NCBI GenBank assembly: GCA_964627805.1
Contig: CAZVLA010000030.1
Coordinates: 10,794-74,793 of the forward strand
Length of the DNA stretch: 64,000 bases
DNA from: an uncultured Desulfurococcaceae archaeon
GTDB lineage: Archaea; Thermoproteota; Thermoprotei_A; Sulfolobales; NBVN01
Reading direction: 5' to 3'
The notes under the pieces were generated by a model. The model ran no database searches and was not told where the DNA came from. It saw nothing but the letters and a program-made list of their open reading frames with translations. A program made the position numbers and the translations under genes. Shown here piece by piece: positions 20,536-28,548 of the stretch. Every line of letters starts with the position of its first letter. The first letter of the stretch is position 1.

Positions 20536-21711
20536 GTGGGTCAAGACCTCCTAGCTAGCTTACTACTCGCTATAGCCATAGCTAGGATAGTAGCGCATGT
20601 ATTACGTAGGTTAAATGCACCGCCAATAGCTTCATACATGTTAGTAGGTATACTCCTAGGACCTTCAGTACTTAAGTTATTCAGTAGTAATTGGGGAGCT
20701 TCAGAAATACTCGTTACACTATCGTTACTCTTCCTACTCTTCTACGCAGGACTTAACGTGGACTTCAGGGGTTTTAGAGAGTACTTCAGGGATGCTCTAA
20801 TACTCACGCTAACGGGCGTATCAACGACTGTAGTAGTCATTATGGCTACATTAGTAACTATGGGCTACAACTTAATAGCTGCCTTAATAGTAGCTATATC
20901 ATTAAGTAACACAGCAACAGAGATTGTGGTTATAATGCTTGAGGAGTCAGGCTATAATGACTACTTATTTAGGAGAGTAGTAATAGCTGCTTCATTCTTT
21001 GATGACGTCTTGGCAGTTATATTAATATCAGTAATTAAGGGAGGTTTAATACTTAATACGTCGTCGTTAGTGAGTGTGATTAAGTTTCTAGTAGCTTTCG
21101 CTACAGTAATGACGGTTTCAACACTACTCATTAGGTACTTAAATAAACAGCTGTACTCAGTGATCATTAAGTGGAGTAACTTGCTGATGCTGGCAACGAC
21201 GCTCTTCTTCGGTCTGTCGTATATATTTGGGATACTAGGTATAGGGGCTACCTTAGGTGCTTACCTAGCTGGTTTAGTGATAGGTATGATGAGGACCATC
21301 AGGGACCCAACGCTAGTCTATGTAGTTAGGGTTGAAGAGCTGGTATCGAGAGTAAGTAATATTCTTGAGTTCTTCATAATACCTGTGTTCTTCATATACG
21401 TAGGTTGCAGAACCTCAGTAACCTTAATGGCTACACCTACGGTAATGGCGTTATTAGGACTAGCAATTGCTGGTAAGTTCATAGGTTCAGCGCTACCCTC
21501 AGTACTTAAACATGACGTAAGAAGGGGGCTACTCGTAGGTATAGCAATGAATGTTAGAGGATCACTAGAACCTGCAGTAGCTTTAATAGCTCTTGAGGCT
21601 GGGGTAATAGATGTTAAGCTATTCGATGCGGTCGTTACCGTATCATTACTAACGTCACTGCTAATACCCATAATATTCGCTAACATAACAAAGAAAGTAA
21701 TCGCTAGGTAG
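20536..21711 (+). CDS. monovalent cation:proton antiporter (CPA2-like)
   Basis: About 11 hydrophobic segments. The GILLGPSVL and LFLLFYAGL motifs are typical of Kef/NapA-type exchangers. GTG start. Confidence 0.7.
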   Translation: MGQDLLASLLLAIAIARIVAHVLRRLNAPPIASYMLVGILLGPSVLKLFSSNWGASEILVTLSLLFLLFYAGLNVDFRGFREYFRDALILTLTGVSTTVVVIMATLVTMGYNLIAALIVAISLSNTATEIVVIMLEESGYNDYLFRRVVIAASFFDDVLAVILISVIKGGLILNTSSLVSVIKFLVAFATVMTVSTLLIRYLNKQLYSVIIKWSNLLMLATTLFFGLSYIFGILGIGATLGAYLAGLVIGMMRTIRDPTLVYVVRVEELVSRVSNILEFFIIPVFFIYVGCRTSVTLMATPTVMALLGLAIAGKFIGSALPSVLKHDVRRGLLVGIAMNVRGSLEPAVALIALEAGVIDVKLFDAVVTVSLLTSLLIPIIFANITKKVIAR

Positions 21712-21794
21712 GCAGTATTACCTAACTAATTAACTGGTTAGCTTAAAAGGATGTAAAGGTAAGACTTCCTTTGGTACGTCTGGAGGGGATGCTA

Positions 21795-23003
21795 ATGAGT
21801 AAGGATGTTGTTTTTGAAGTACTAGAGAAGATGACTTCAAGAATATTCAAGAATAGAGAGGTGCTTAGGCCAGACTACATACCTGATGTATTACCTCATA
21901 GAGAAGAGCAAATAAGGAGACTGACTGAGATATTAGCACCAGTACTTAAGAATGAGAGGCCAAGCAACGTATTCATATATGGACTTACGGGAACAGGTAA
22001 AACAGCTGTTGTTAAGTATGTCCTAAGGAGGATTAAGGAATACACTGAACGTAACAGTATAGATACCTTCACATACGCATACGTCAATTGCAGGCATGAG
22101 GACACTACGTATAGAGCGTTAGCTAGGATAGCTGAATCATTAAATACTAAAGTACCATTTACGGGATTATCAACAGCTGAGGTCTTCTCCCGAGTCAAGA
22201 GAAGTATCGAGGGTTTAAACAAGGTAGTTATTGTAGTACTAGATGAGGTCGACTTTCTAGTTAAGAAGGTAGGTGATGAGCTACTCTATAGACTAACTAG
22301 GATAAATGACGAGTTAAGTAAGGGTAAAGTAAGTGTTATAGGCATAACCAATGACGTGAGATTCATGGAGAGGCTAGACCCTAGAGTAAGGTCTAGCCTA
22401 GGGGAGGTTGAGATAGTGTTTCCGCCATATGATGCAATACAGTTAACTGACATCCTTAGGGAGAGAGCTTCTAAAGCATTCAATCCTGGAGTAGTTGATG
22501 ATTCAGTTATTCAGTATTGTGCTTCAATAGCTGCTAAGGAGCACGGCGACGCCAGGAGAGCTCTCGACCTGCTTAGAGTAGCTGGTGAAGTAGCTGAGAG
22601 GTTAGGTTCTAATAAGGTAACGATCGAGCACGTAAGAATAGCTAGGGAGGAGCTAGAGCGTGATATGGTTATGGAAGTAATAAATACGTTGCCGCTTCAC
22701 GGGAAGTTAGTACTCTTAACAGTAGCTCTAGCGGGAGGTAAGGTTAGCACTACTGGTGAGCTCTACCTAAGGTATAGTGAATTAGTTAGGAAGTTAGGTA
22801 TGGAGCCAGTAACTCAGAGGAGGGTAAGTGACATAATTAATGAGTTAGAGATGTTAGGCATAGTTAATGCTAGATTAATAAATAGGGGTAGGTACGGGAA
22901 GACTAGAGAGGTTAAGTTAATGGTTGATCCCAACACGGTAATTAAGGTGCTAAGTAATGAGCCTAGAATTAGGTTCTTCATTAAGAAATATAGTAGGAGT
23001 TGA
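21795..23003 (+). CDS. cdc6: Orc1/Cdc6 replication initiator
   Basis: Walker A GLTGTGKT, Walker B VVLDEVD and a C-terminal winged helix. ATG 21795 has GGAGG 8 nt upstream. The ORF is open from TTG 21771. Confidence 0.9.
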   Translation: MSKDVVFEVLEKMTSRIFKNREVLRPDYIPDVLPHREEQIRRLTEILAPVLKNERPSNVFIYGLTGTGKTAVVKYVLRRIKEYTERNSIDTFTYAYVNCRHEDTTYRALARIAESLNTKVPFTGLSTAEVFSRVKRSIEGLNKVVIVVLDEVDFLVKKVGDELLYRLTRINDELSKGKVSVIGITNDVRFMERLDPRVRSSLGEVEIVFPPYDAIQLTDILRERASKAFNPGVVDDSVIQYCASIAAKEHGDARRALDLLRVAGEVAERLGSNKVTIEHVRIAREELERDMVMEVINTLPLHGKLVLLTVALAGGKVSTTGELYLRYSELVRKLGMEPVTQRRVSDIINELEMLGIVNARLINRGRYGKTREVKLMVDPNTVIKVLSNEPRIRFFIKKYSRS

Positions 23004-23562
23004 TGACGGGTACTTCCCGCCTAACTACAAGGACCTAAGGCTTCATACAGTACTGGTAGCGGTACTTTGTGAAGGTGCTGTACCTAAGGACTTAAGAATA
23101 GGGCGCGTTAGGGTTGATTATGATGATGTGAATAGCAAGGTAATTGAATTAGTAAGCGATCTTGGGAGTACTGACTTAGTAATACTGGATGGCGTAACCT
23201 ACGCAGGTTTTAACGTAGTTGATCCGGATGTAGTGAGTAATGAATTAGGTATACCCGTAATTACTTTCTTCCATTACGAACTTAACCTAAGGAGGATAGA
23301 GTACGCACTTAATAAGCACTTTCCAGACGGTAATAGGAGATTAAAGGTAATTAAGAAGGTTTACTTAAGCTCGGTGGACGTACCTACACCATGGAGGAGG
23401 GTGAGGATCTACGTAGTCGGAATGCCGCTTAATGAAGCGGTAAGAACACTTAAGAAGCTACAGACGGTCTCACCCATTCCTGAACCACTAAGGATAGCCG
23501 ACATAGTAGCATCAGGTATCAGCAGGAAATCAGGATTACTTGAATTAATGAATAAGCACTAA
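22957..23562 (+). CDS. DUF99/UPF0215 (endonuclease V-like fold) protein
   Basis: VGVDDGYF...VRVDYDDV...LDGVTYAGFNVVD pattern. The only in-frame start overlaps cdc6 by 47 nt. Confidence 0.65.
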   Translation: MSLELGSSLRNIVGVDDGYFPPNYKDLRLHTVLVAVLCEGAVPKDLRIGRVRVDYDDVNSKVIELVSDLGSTDLVILDGVTYAGFNVVDPDVVSNELGIPVITFFHYELNLRRIEYALNKHFPDGNRRLKVIKKVYLSSVDVPTPWRRVRIYVVGMPLNEAVRTLKKLQTVSPIPEPLRIADIVASGISRKSGLLELMNKH

Positions 23563-23786
23563 ACCTCCTCACACTCACAGCTACACTCAATATCCTCGCA
23601 AACCTCCTCTTCACCCTCAAGACATAGACTAGCTAACTCACTAGCCCTATCCTCCTCCTCAGCCTCAACAACCAATGAACATTTACAGCTACACTCGTAG
23701 GTAGGCATAGCTACTAACCCTATAACTAAGCTCACAACTAAGTTATTTAAAGTAAGTACGTACTCAGTAAACTTCGGGCTCATCAC
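23559..23786 (-). CDS. hypothetical acidic Cys-rich mini-protein (ECSCxC motif twice)
   Basis: The ORF is 75 aa. An internal ATG at 23708 gives a 49-aa product, MPTYECSCKCS...IECSCECEEV, with TTTAAATAA about 35 nt upstream. The 5' 23 nt of the long ORF overlap a C/D sRNA candidate. Confidence 0.35.
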   Translation of the reverse strand: MMSPKFTEYVLTLNNLVVSLVIGLVAMPTYECSCKCSLVVEAEEEDRASELASLCLEGEEEVCEDIECSCECEEV

Positions 23787-23821
23787 GGCTCTAAGTCAAG
23801 GTAGGGGGTGCCCCTCATCAT
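23764..23821 (-). ncRNA. C/D-box sRNA candidate (58 nt) downstream of tRNA-Leu
   Basis: ATGATGA-GGGGCACCCCCT...-GTGATGA-GCCCGAAGTTTA-CTGA. The C, C' and D boxes are canonical with a 12-nt D spacer. The D' box is weak (ACCT at +12 or TTGA at +15). Confidence 0.45.
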
Positions 23822-23871
23822 CTAAGACCTTAGGTATCGACGCCAGTAATAAGCCTTATCAAGAACAAGAA

Positions 23872-23977
23872 TGGTGCGGGGGGTGGGATTTGAACCCACG
23901 CAGGCCTACGCCATCGGGGCTCTTACCCCTAAAGGGTCCTAAGCCCGACCCCTTTGACCTGGCTCGGGCACCCCCGC
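23872..23977 (-). tRNA. tRNA-Leu(UAG): tRNA-Leu (anticodon UAG) with an ~18-nt intron in the anticodon loop, CCA encoded
   Basis: The fold has a GCGGGGG/CCCCCGC acceptor stem, a class II long variable arm (GGCGTAGGCC) and a GTGGG-TTCAAAT-CCCAC T arm. The TCGGG...CCCGA anticodon stem is interrupted after CTTAGG(A) by ccctttaggggtaagag. Confidence 0.85.
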
Positions 23978-24079
23978 ACCGTTAGGTGGTGTAAGTTAAG
24001 GATTAATAAGTTTTTAATCATAGTACTTAATGACTGTCCATGGAGGTATTACGGGCATCTCTAAATATGGTGATGGTAA

Positions 24080-25012
24080 ATGGGAATCTACGAGAGCGTG
24101 AGGAGGTGTCTGATTCCCTTAGAACGTGTGTTAGCAATAGATTATGGAGAAGCATCAAGTAAGTTAGTATCGTTCTTAAGTAGCAATAACAACGTGATAA
24201 TTACTTATGTAGGAAGTTACGTATCTCCAGCTAAATACGCGTTACTGACTCTAAGGTCAATAACTAAATTAAATGCTTACCTCTTCAGGCCTAATGAATT
24301 AATATACTACGTCGTGCCCTACGATGAGGGTAGGGAGTTAGGTATTGTAGTATTCGCCTACCCAGATGGTTTATCCGACCTTAACATACTCATTGATCAA
24401 GTTAGGTTCACGGGTCATGACTACTTAATAATAATACCTGAGGACCTACCTAAGGTAATATCATATAAAGTACCGAGGGATAATGTAGTTAATCTTGAGT
24501 TAGGTAAGGAACTACTTAGGTACTGGATCCTAGCTACGCACTTACTAGTAGGTAATACGGCACCTAAATTGTGCTCTAGGGGAGGTATTAGGAGTGATAG
24601 GTTGCTAAGGGAGGTTAAGGACGTTACTTCAGTAATTAATGACTTGATAAGTCATTATGAGGAGGACCTAATAGCTATATCTAAATTCATACGTGAGCCC
24701 GTAATAGTAACTGCTACACCTACGATGTGGGGTGTTGCTGAGTACTTAGCGCTTAGTAATGACGTAAGATCCCTTAGATTACTGGTACCCACGGATCAAG
24801 TAGGTAAGTACGTATCACGCGTCAATAACGTCTTACTAATTAATACCGAGGTTGAGGAGTATTCATTGAGGGGAATAAGGGGTTTATCACTTACAGCAGC
24901 AACTACGGTTAAGGAACTTAAACTACGTACTGACCCACTAACAGCACCTATATATGGACTAGTACTTGCTAGAGTAATTGAGTACCTAGCTTCCGGGGGG
25001 TTACATGAGTGA
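24080..25012 (+). CDS. hypothetical protein (possibly a double SIS-like fold)
   Basis: 310-aa ORF with two similar alpha/beta halves by eye; no catalytic motif recognised. Confidence 0.3.
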   Translation: MGIYESVRRCLIPLERVLAIDYGEASSKLVSFLSSNNNVIITYVGSYVSPAKYALLTLRSITKLNAYLFRPNELIYYVVPYDEGRELGIVVFAYPDGLSDLNILIDQVRFTGHDYLIIIPEDLPKVISYKVPRDNVVNLELGKELLRYWILATHLLVGNTAPKLCSRGGIRSDRLLREVKDVTSVINDLISHYEEDLIAISKFIREPVIVTATPTMWGVAEYLALSNDVRSLRLLVPTDQVGKYVSRVNNVLLINTEVEEYSLRGIRGLSLTAATTVKELKLRTDPLTAPIYGLVLARVIEYLASGGLHE

Positions 25013-25740
25013 TTAACGAGTTGGTGCTTGTCTTAGGTGCATCCAGTAAGGTGGGGAGGGAGTTAATTAAGGAATTAAGCGGAAGAGGATATAAGTTAAT
25101 CCTTCATTGCTTCAAACACTGTAGTGAGCTAAAGGATTTAATTAAGAGTAGTGAGTCCTTGAGGAGTGCTGTGGTGGGCGTGATTAAGTACGACTTTAGA
25201 GAATCAAGAACTGATGAGTTTATTAAGGAAGTACTTAACTACGTTAGATCAAGTAAATTAAGTGCAGTTATAGCCCTATCAGCTATATACGACGAAACAC
25301 CAGAAACAGAGTTAACGGATGAGTTAGTTAATGATATTTTTAAGGTAAACCTACTAACTTATATAGTAATGATCCCTAAATTAATTAACTTAGTTAAGGA
25401 TGGTGGTGTCGTAATACTATTTTCAGATGCGATAGCATGTAAGGACAGGGACGTATATGTTGGGTTAAGACCGTCGATACCTTATATAATTAGTAAGGTA
25501 GGTGTCATAGCTTTAGTTAAGTTCCTTTCCAAGAGAATTAAAGGGAGAAGAATAATCGCGGTAGCTCCATCATGGATAGAGACTAATGCGTTAAGTAATG
25601 AACTTAAGTTAATGGCTATTGAGAGCACACCTATAAGGAAGCTCGTGAAGCTTGAGGAGGTAGTGGAATTAATAATTAACTTAATTAAGGATATGAAAGG
25701 AGTCAGCGGTGTTGTGTTTGAATTATCTGGGGGTATATGA
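25009..25740 (+). CDS. short-chain dehydrogenase/reductase family protein
   Basis: VLGASSKVGREL cofactor loop and PYIISK (YxxxK); 4-nt overlap with the upstream ORF. Confidence 0.7.
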   Translation: MINELVLVLGASSKVGRELIKELSGRGYKLILHCFKHCSELKDLIKSSESLRSAVVGVIKYDFRESRTDEFIKEVLNYVRSSKLSAVIALSAIYDETPETELTDELVNDIFKVNLLTYIVMIPKLINLVKDGGVVILFSDAIACKDRDVYVGLRPSIPYIISKVGVIALVKFLSKRIKGRRIIAVAPSWIETNALSNELKLMAIESTPIRKLVKLEEVVELIINLIKDMKGVSGVVFELSGGI

Positions 25741-25750
25741 TGTTATATGA

Positions 25751-25799
25751 TCAGCCGCGGGTTCTCAGATCATCAATCACCCCTTGTAAGCCTCATCAC
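25751..25799 (-). ncRNA. atypical C/D-box sRNA candidate (49 nt)
   Basis: GTGATGA-GGCTTACAAGGG-GTGA-TTGATGA-TCTGAGAACCCGCGG-CTGA. The boxes are present, but there is no D'/C' loop and the D spacer is 15 nt. Confidence 0.3.
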
Positions 25800-25873
25800 C
25801 GATTACTAATGAATTCGTGAGTAAAAGATTTTCCCCTAAACACCTAGATAATAAATGATAAGGTGGTTAATAC

Positions 25874-26620
25874 GTGGAAATAAGTGAGGGTTTAGAGATA
25901 GTAGCGGAATTACCAGTACTCTACTTAAGGAAGTACAAGGTACTGGTATTAGCTGATACACACATAGGCTTTGAGGAGGAGATGGCTGATAAGGGAATAT
26001 TCATACCTAGGTTCCAATTAAGGAAATTACTTGATATATTATCTACAGTGCTTTCGTTAGTAGATGTGGAGGAGGTAGTAATTGCAGGTGATTTTAAGCA
26101 CAGATTTAGTGGATTAGGTAAGATAGAACGTAAGGAATTAAGTATTGTGTTAGAGTACTTAATCAATAGAGTAGGTAAGGTAACTGTTGTTCGCGGAAAC
26201 CATGACAATTACCTACCAATACTTCAAAGGAGGTATAACTTCAAGTTAGTTAATGAGTATCTAATAGGTAATGATTACTTAATAATACACGGTCATAAGT
26301 TACCGCAGAGTAAGGGTGACTGGAAGTACTTAATAATGGGACATGAGCACCCAAGCATTAGCTTAAGGGATAGCCTAGGAACCATAGGTAAGTTTTCATG
26401 CTTCCTCATAGGCCCACTAGGGGGGTCAAAAACATTAATCACGCTACCAGCTGTTGGTGCTTATCAGACGGGCTCAAAAGTAACCCTAGACAGAGATACT
26501 TACCTCTCTCCAGTCATTAAGGAATTAGTGAATATTGAGGAATTAAGGCCAGTAATAGTTGATGAAGATGCTGGCATACTAGAACTACCTAAGCTATCGG
26601 ATCTTTGGGACATGCTATAG
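25874..26620 (+). CDS. metallophosphoesterase (SbcD/Mre11-related small family)
   Basis: LADTHIG, GDFKH, GNHD and GHEH motifs; GTG start. Confidence 0.7.
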   Translation: MEISEGLEIVAELPVLYLRKYKVLVLADTHIGFEEEMADKGIFIPRFQLRKLLDILSTVLSLVDVEEVVIAGDFKHRFSGLGKIERKELSIVLEYLINRVGKVTVVRGNHDNYLPILQRRYNFKLVNEYLIGNDYLIIHGHKLPQSKGDWKYLIMGHEHPSISLRDSLGTIGKFSCFLIGPLGGSKTLITLPAVGAYQTGSKVTLDRDTYLSPVIKELVNIEELRPVIVDEDAGILELPKLSDLWDML

Positions 26621-26664
26621 CTATGTAGAGGGTTTAAGTACAGGCATTAACGCAGTCAGTACAG

Positions 26665-26672
26665 TTTATAAA
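26665..26672 (+). promoter_or_regulatory. TATA box candidate of tbp
   Basis: TTTATAAA lies 35-42 nt upstream of the TTG start of tbp. Confidence 0.5.
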
Positions 26673-26680
26673 GCATCACT

Positions 26681-26700
26681 CCCCCCTTTTTAAAGGGGGG
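26681..26700. promoter_or_regulatory. perfect palindrome CCCCCCTTT-TT-AAAGGGGGG between the tbp TATA box and start codon
   Basis: 9-bp arms with a 2-nt spacer, read directly from the sequence. It covers the expected transcription start region. Confidence 0.45.
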
Positions 26701-26706
26701 TAGTAG

Positions 26707-27282
26707 TTGAAAATAAAACCCGTCATTAAGATTGAGAACATAGTTGCTACAGTCACCCTTGATCAGACCTTAGATCTAAACGCTATTGCTAGATCAGTAC
26801 CTAATGTGGAGTATGATCCTGAGGAGTTCCCTGGGCTTATCCTAAGGCTTGAGAATCCTAAATTAACTGCGTTAGTGTTTAATTCAGGAAAGATGGTTGT
26901 TACTGGTGCTAAAAGTACTCAGACATTGATTAAGGGGTTTAAGAAGATAATAAGGTTGTTCGTGAGGCACGGAATAATAATCGTAGGTAAGCCTAAGATA
27001 CAGATTCAGAATATTGTTGCTTCAGCTAACCTAGGTGTTGAGGTAGACTTAGAGAATGCGGCTTACCTACTACCTAATACTATGTACGAACCCGAGCAAT
27101 TTCCGGGATTGATACATAGAATGAACGACCCTAAGGTAGTACTACTAATATTCAGTAGTGGTAAGATGGTAATTACAGGTGCTAAGAGTGAGGAGGATGT
27201 TCAGAGAGCTGTTGAGAACATATACAAGGAGTTAGAGAAGCTGGGATGCATAAGAGAAGTACCGAGGCAGAGCTTCTGGTAG
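26707..27282 (+). CDS. tbp: TATA-box binding protein
   Basis: Two direct repeats, IENIVATV...[15 protein letters not shown] and IQNIVASA...[15 protein letters not shown]; TTG start. Confidence 0.92.
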   Translation: MKIKPVIKIENIVATVTLDQTLDLNAIARSVPNVEYDPEEFPGLILRLENPKLTALVFNSGKMVVTGAKSTQTLIKGFKKIIRLFVRHGIIIVGKPKIQIQNIVASANLGVEVDLENAAYLLPNTMYEPEQFPGLIHRMNDPKVVLLIFSSGKMVITGAKSEEDVQRAVENIYKELEKLGCIREVPRQSFW

Positions 27283-27347
27283 GGATGTAAGAGTATTTTA
27301 ATTATACAGTACACGTAAGCAATTAATCAAAATAAAAATGTTATTTC

Positions 27348-27402
27348 TCAGTGTGAACCGTGTTCTTCATCCCCCCAAGTCTTAGGCTGCCCACTTCATC
27401 AT
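27348..27402 (-). ncRNA. C/D-box sRNA candidate (55 nt) in the 3' trailer of the ABC ATPase operon
   Basis: ATGATGA-AGTGGGCAGCCT-AAGA-CTTGGGGGG-ATGAAGA-ACACGGTTCACA-CTGA has two 12-nt guides. It uses the same C' variant (AUGAAGA) as the 10391-10440 candidate. Confidence 0.55.
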
Positions 27403-27448
27403 CTACTTAAAAACTGTTTAGTAGTGATTAATACTTTTTCTCAGTTAT

Positions 27449-28546
27449 TCATTTCCTTGAGTATAGCCAGCATGATACGTAGTGTCCTGGCTCTACCTCT
27501 ACCATTGGTGGTTCCTCCTTCCTACACCTATCCATACACTCAGGACACCTAGGATGAAACCTACAACCAGGTGGTATATTCACTGCACTAGGTACTTCAC
27601 CTTTAATCATTAATTCTCTAAGCCTCAACCTATTAGATGGGTCAGGTTCGGGTATTGCAGCTATTAATGCTCTAGCGTATGGGTGATGTGGATTCGTAAT
27701 TACTTTATCAGTCTGCCCCATTTCAACTATCTTACCTAGGTACATGACAGCTATCCTATCGCATATTAACCTAGCAGTGGCTAAGTCGTGGGTTATGAAG
27801 AGGTACGTAATGCCTCTCTTCTCCCTTAAGTCAAGCATTAACTTAAGTATCTCAGCCCTAATTGACGCGTCAAGCATTGATACGGGCTCATCAGCAACTA
27901 TGAACCTCGGGTTAAGCACTAATGCCCTAGCGATGCATACCCTCTGCCTCTGCCCACCCGACATCTGATGCGGGTACCTACCTAAGAAGTCCTCAGGAGG
28001 TACTAACCTAACGTCCTCTAATGCCTTACTAATGATCTCTAACCTCTCCTCAGTGCTTTCACCTATCTTATGAACTATTAACGGCTCCTCAAGGGTAGAC
28101 ATAACAGTTAGTCTAGGGTCTAGTGATGCATAAGGATCTTGGAAGACTATCTGTAGTTCACGCCTAAGTATCTTATTGGCCCTCTTATTCCTGAATATAT
28201 CGTTTAACCTGAAGTAACCTCCCTTAACAGGCTCTATACCCATGTCAATGAATAACTTAGCATACTCCTCCCTAGGCCTGTAGTATATTTCACCAGTTGT
28301 TGGAGGTATAAGCCCTATTAAGGTCCTACCAGTAGTCGTCTTACCACAGCCAGACTCGCCAACTAGGCAAAATATCTCCTTATCTTTAATACAGAATGAA
28401 ACACCATCGACAGCCTTAACATATATCCTACGCCTAAGTATCATATCAAGTAATCCTCTTCTTAACTCGAAGTACTTCCTCAAATCGTGAGTAGCCATTA
28501 ATACGTTATTCTTAAGAAGTGACTCAATATCTAGCTTCACCATCAT
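27449..28546 (-). CDS. oligopeptide/dipeptide-type ABC transporter ATP-binding protein (OppF/DppF-like)
   Basis: Walker A GESGCGKTT, signature MSGGQRQR, Walker B IVADEP and the C-terminal 4-Cys oligopeptide-ABC domain. ATG 28546 has GGAGGTGA just upstream. The ORF-track start at 28573 lies inside the upstream gene. Confidence 0.88.
   Translation of the reverse strand: MMVKLDIESLLKNNVLMATHDLRKYFELRRGLLDMILRRRIYVKAVDGVSFCIKDKEIFCLVGESGCGKTTTGRTLIGLIPPTTGEIYYRPREEYAKLFIDMGIEPVKGGYFRLNDIFRNKRANKILRRELQIVFQDPYASLDPRLTVMSTLEEPLIVHKIGESTEERLEIISKALEDVRLVPPEDFLGRYPHQMSGGQRQRVCIARALVLNPRFIVADEPVSMLDASIRAEILKLMLDLREKRGITYLFITHDLATARLICDRIAVMYLGKIVEMGQTDKVITNPHHPYARALIAAIPEPDPSNRLRLRELMIKGEVPSAVNIPPGCRFHPRCPECMDRCRKEEPPMVEVEPGHYVSCWLYSRK
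27454..27574 (-). repeat. 121-bp exact direct repeat, copy 1 (3' end of the OppF-like gene)
   Basis: Identical base for base to 28554-28674, at an offset of exactly 1100 bp. Confidence 0.95.
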
Positions 28547-28548
28547 TA

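Noticed and set aside
21712-21794. Possible replication origin upstream of orc1/cdc6
   Set aside because: The spacer is only about 60-80 bp. It has one weak 5-bp-arm inverted repeat (CTAAC...GTTAG) and no long A/T-rich unwinding element or repeated ORB-like boxes. The downstream side is occupied by DUF99 and a tRNA.
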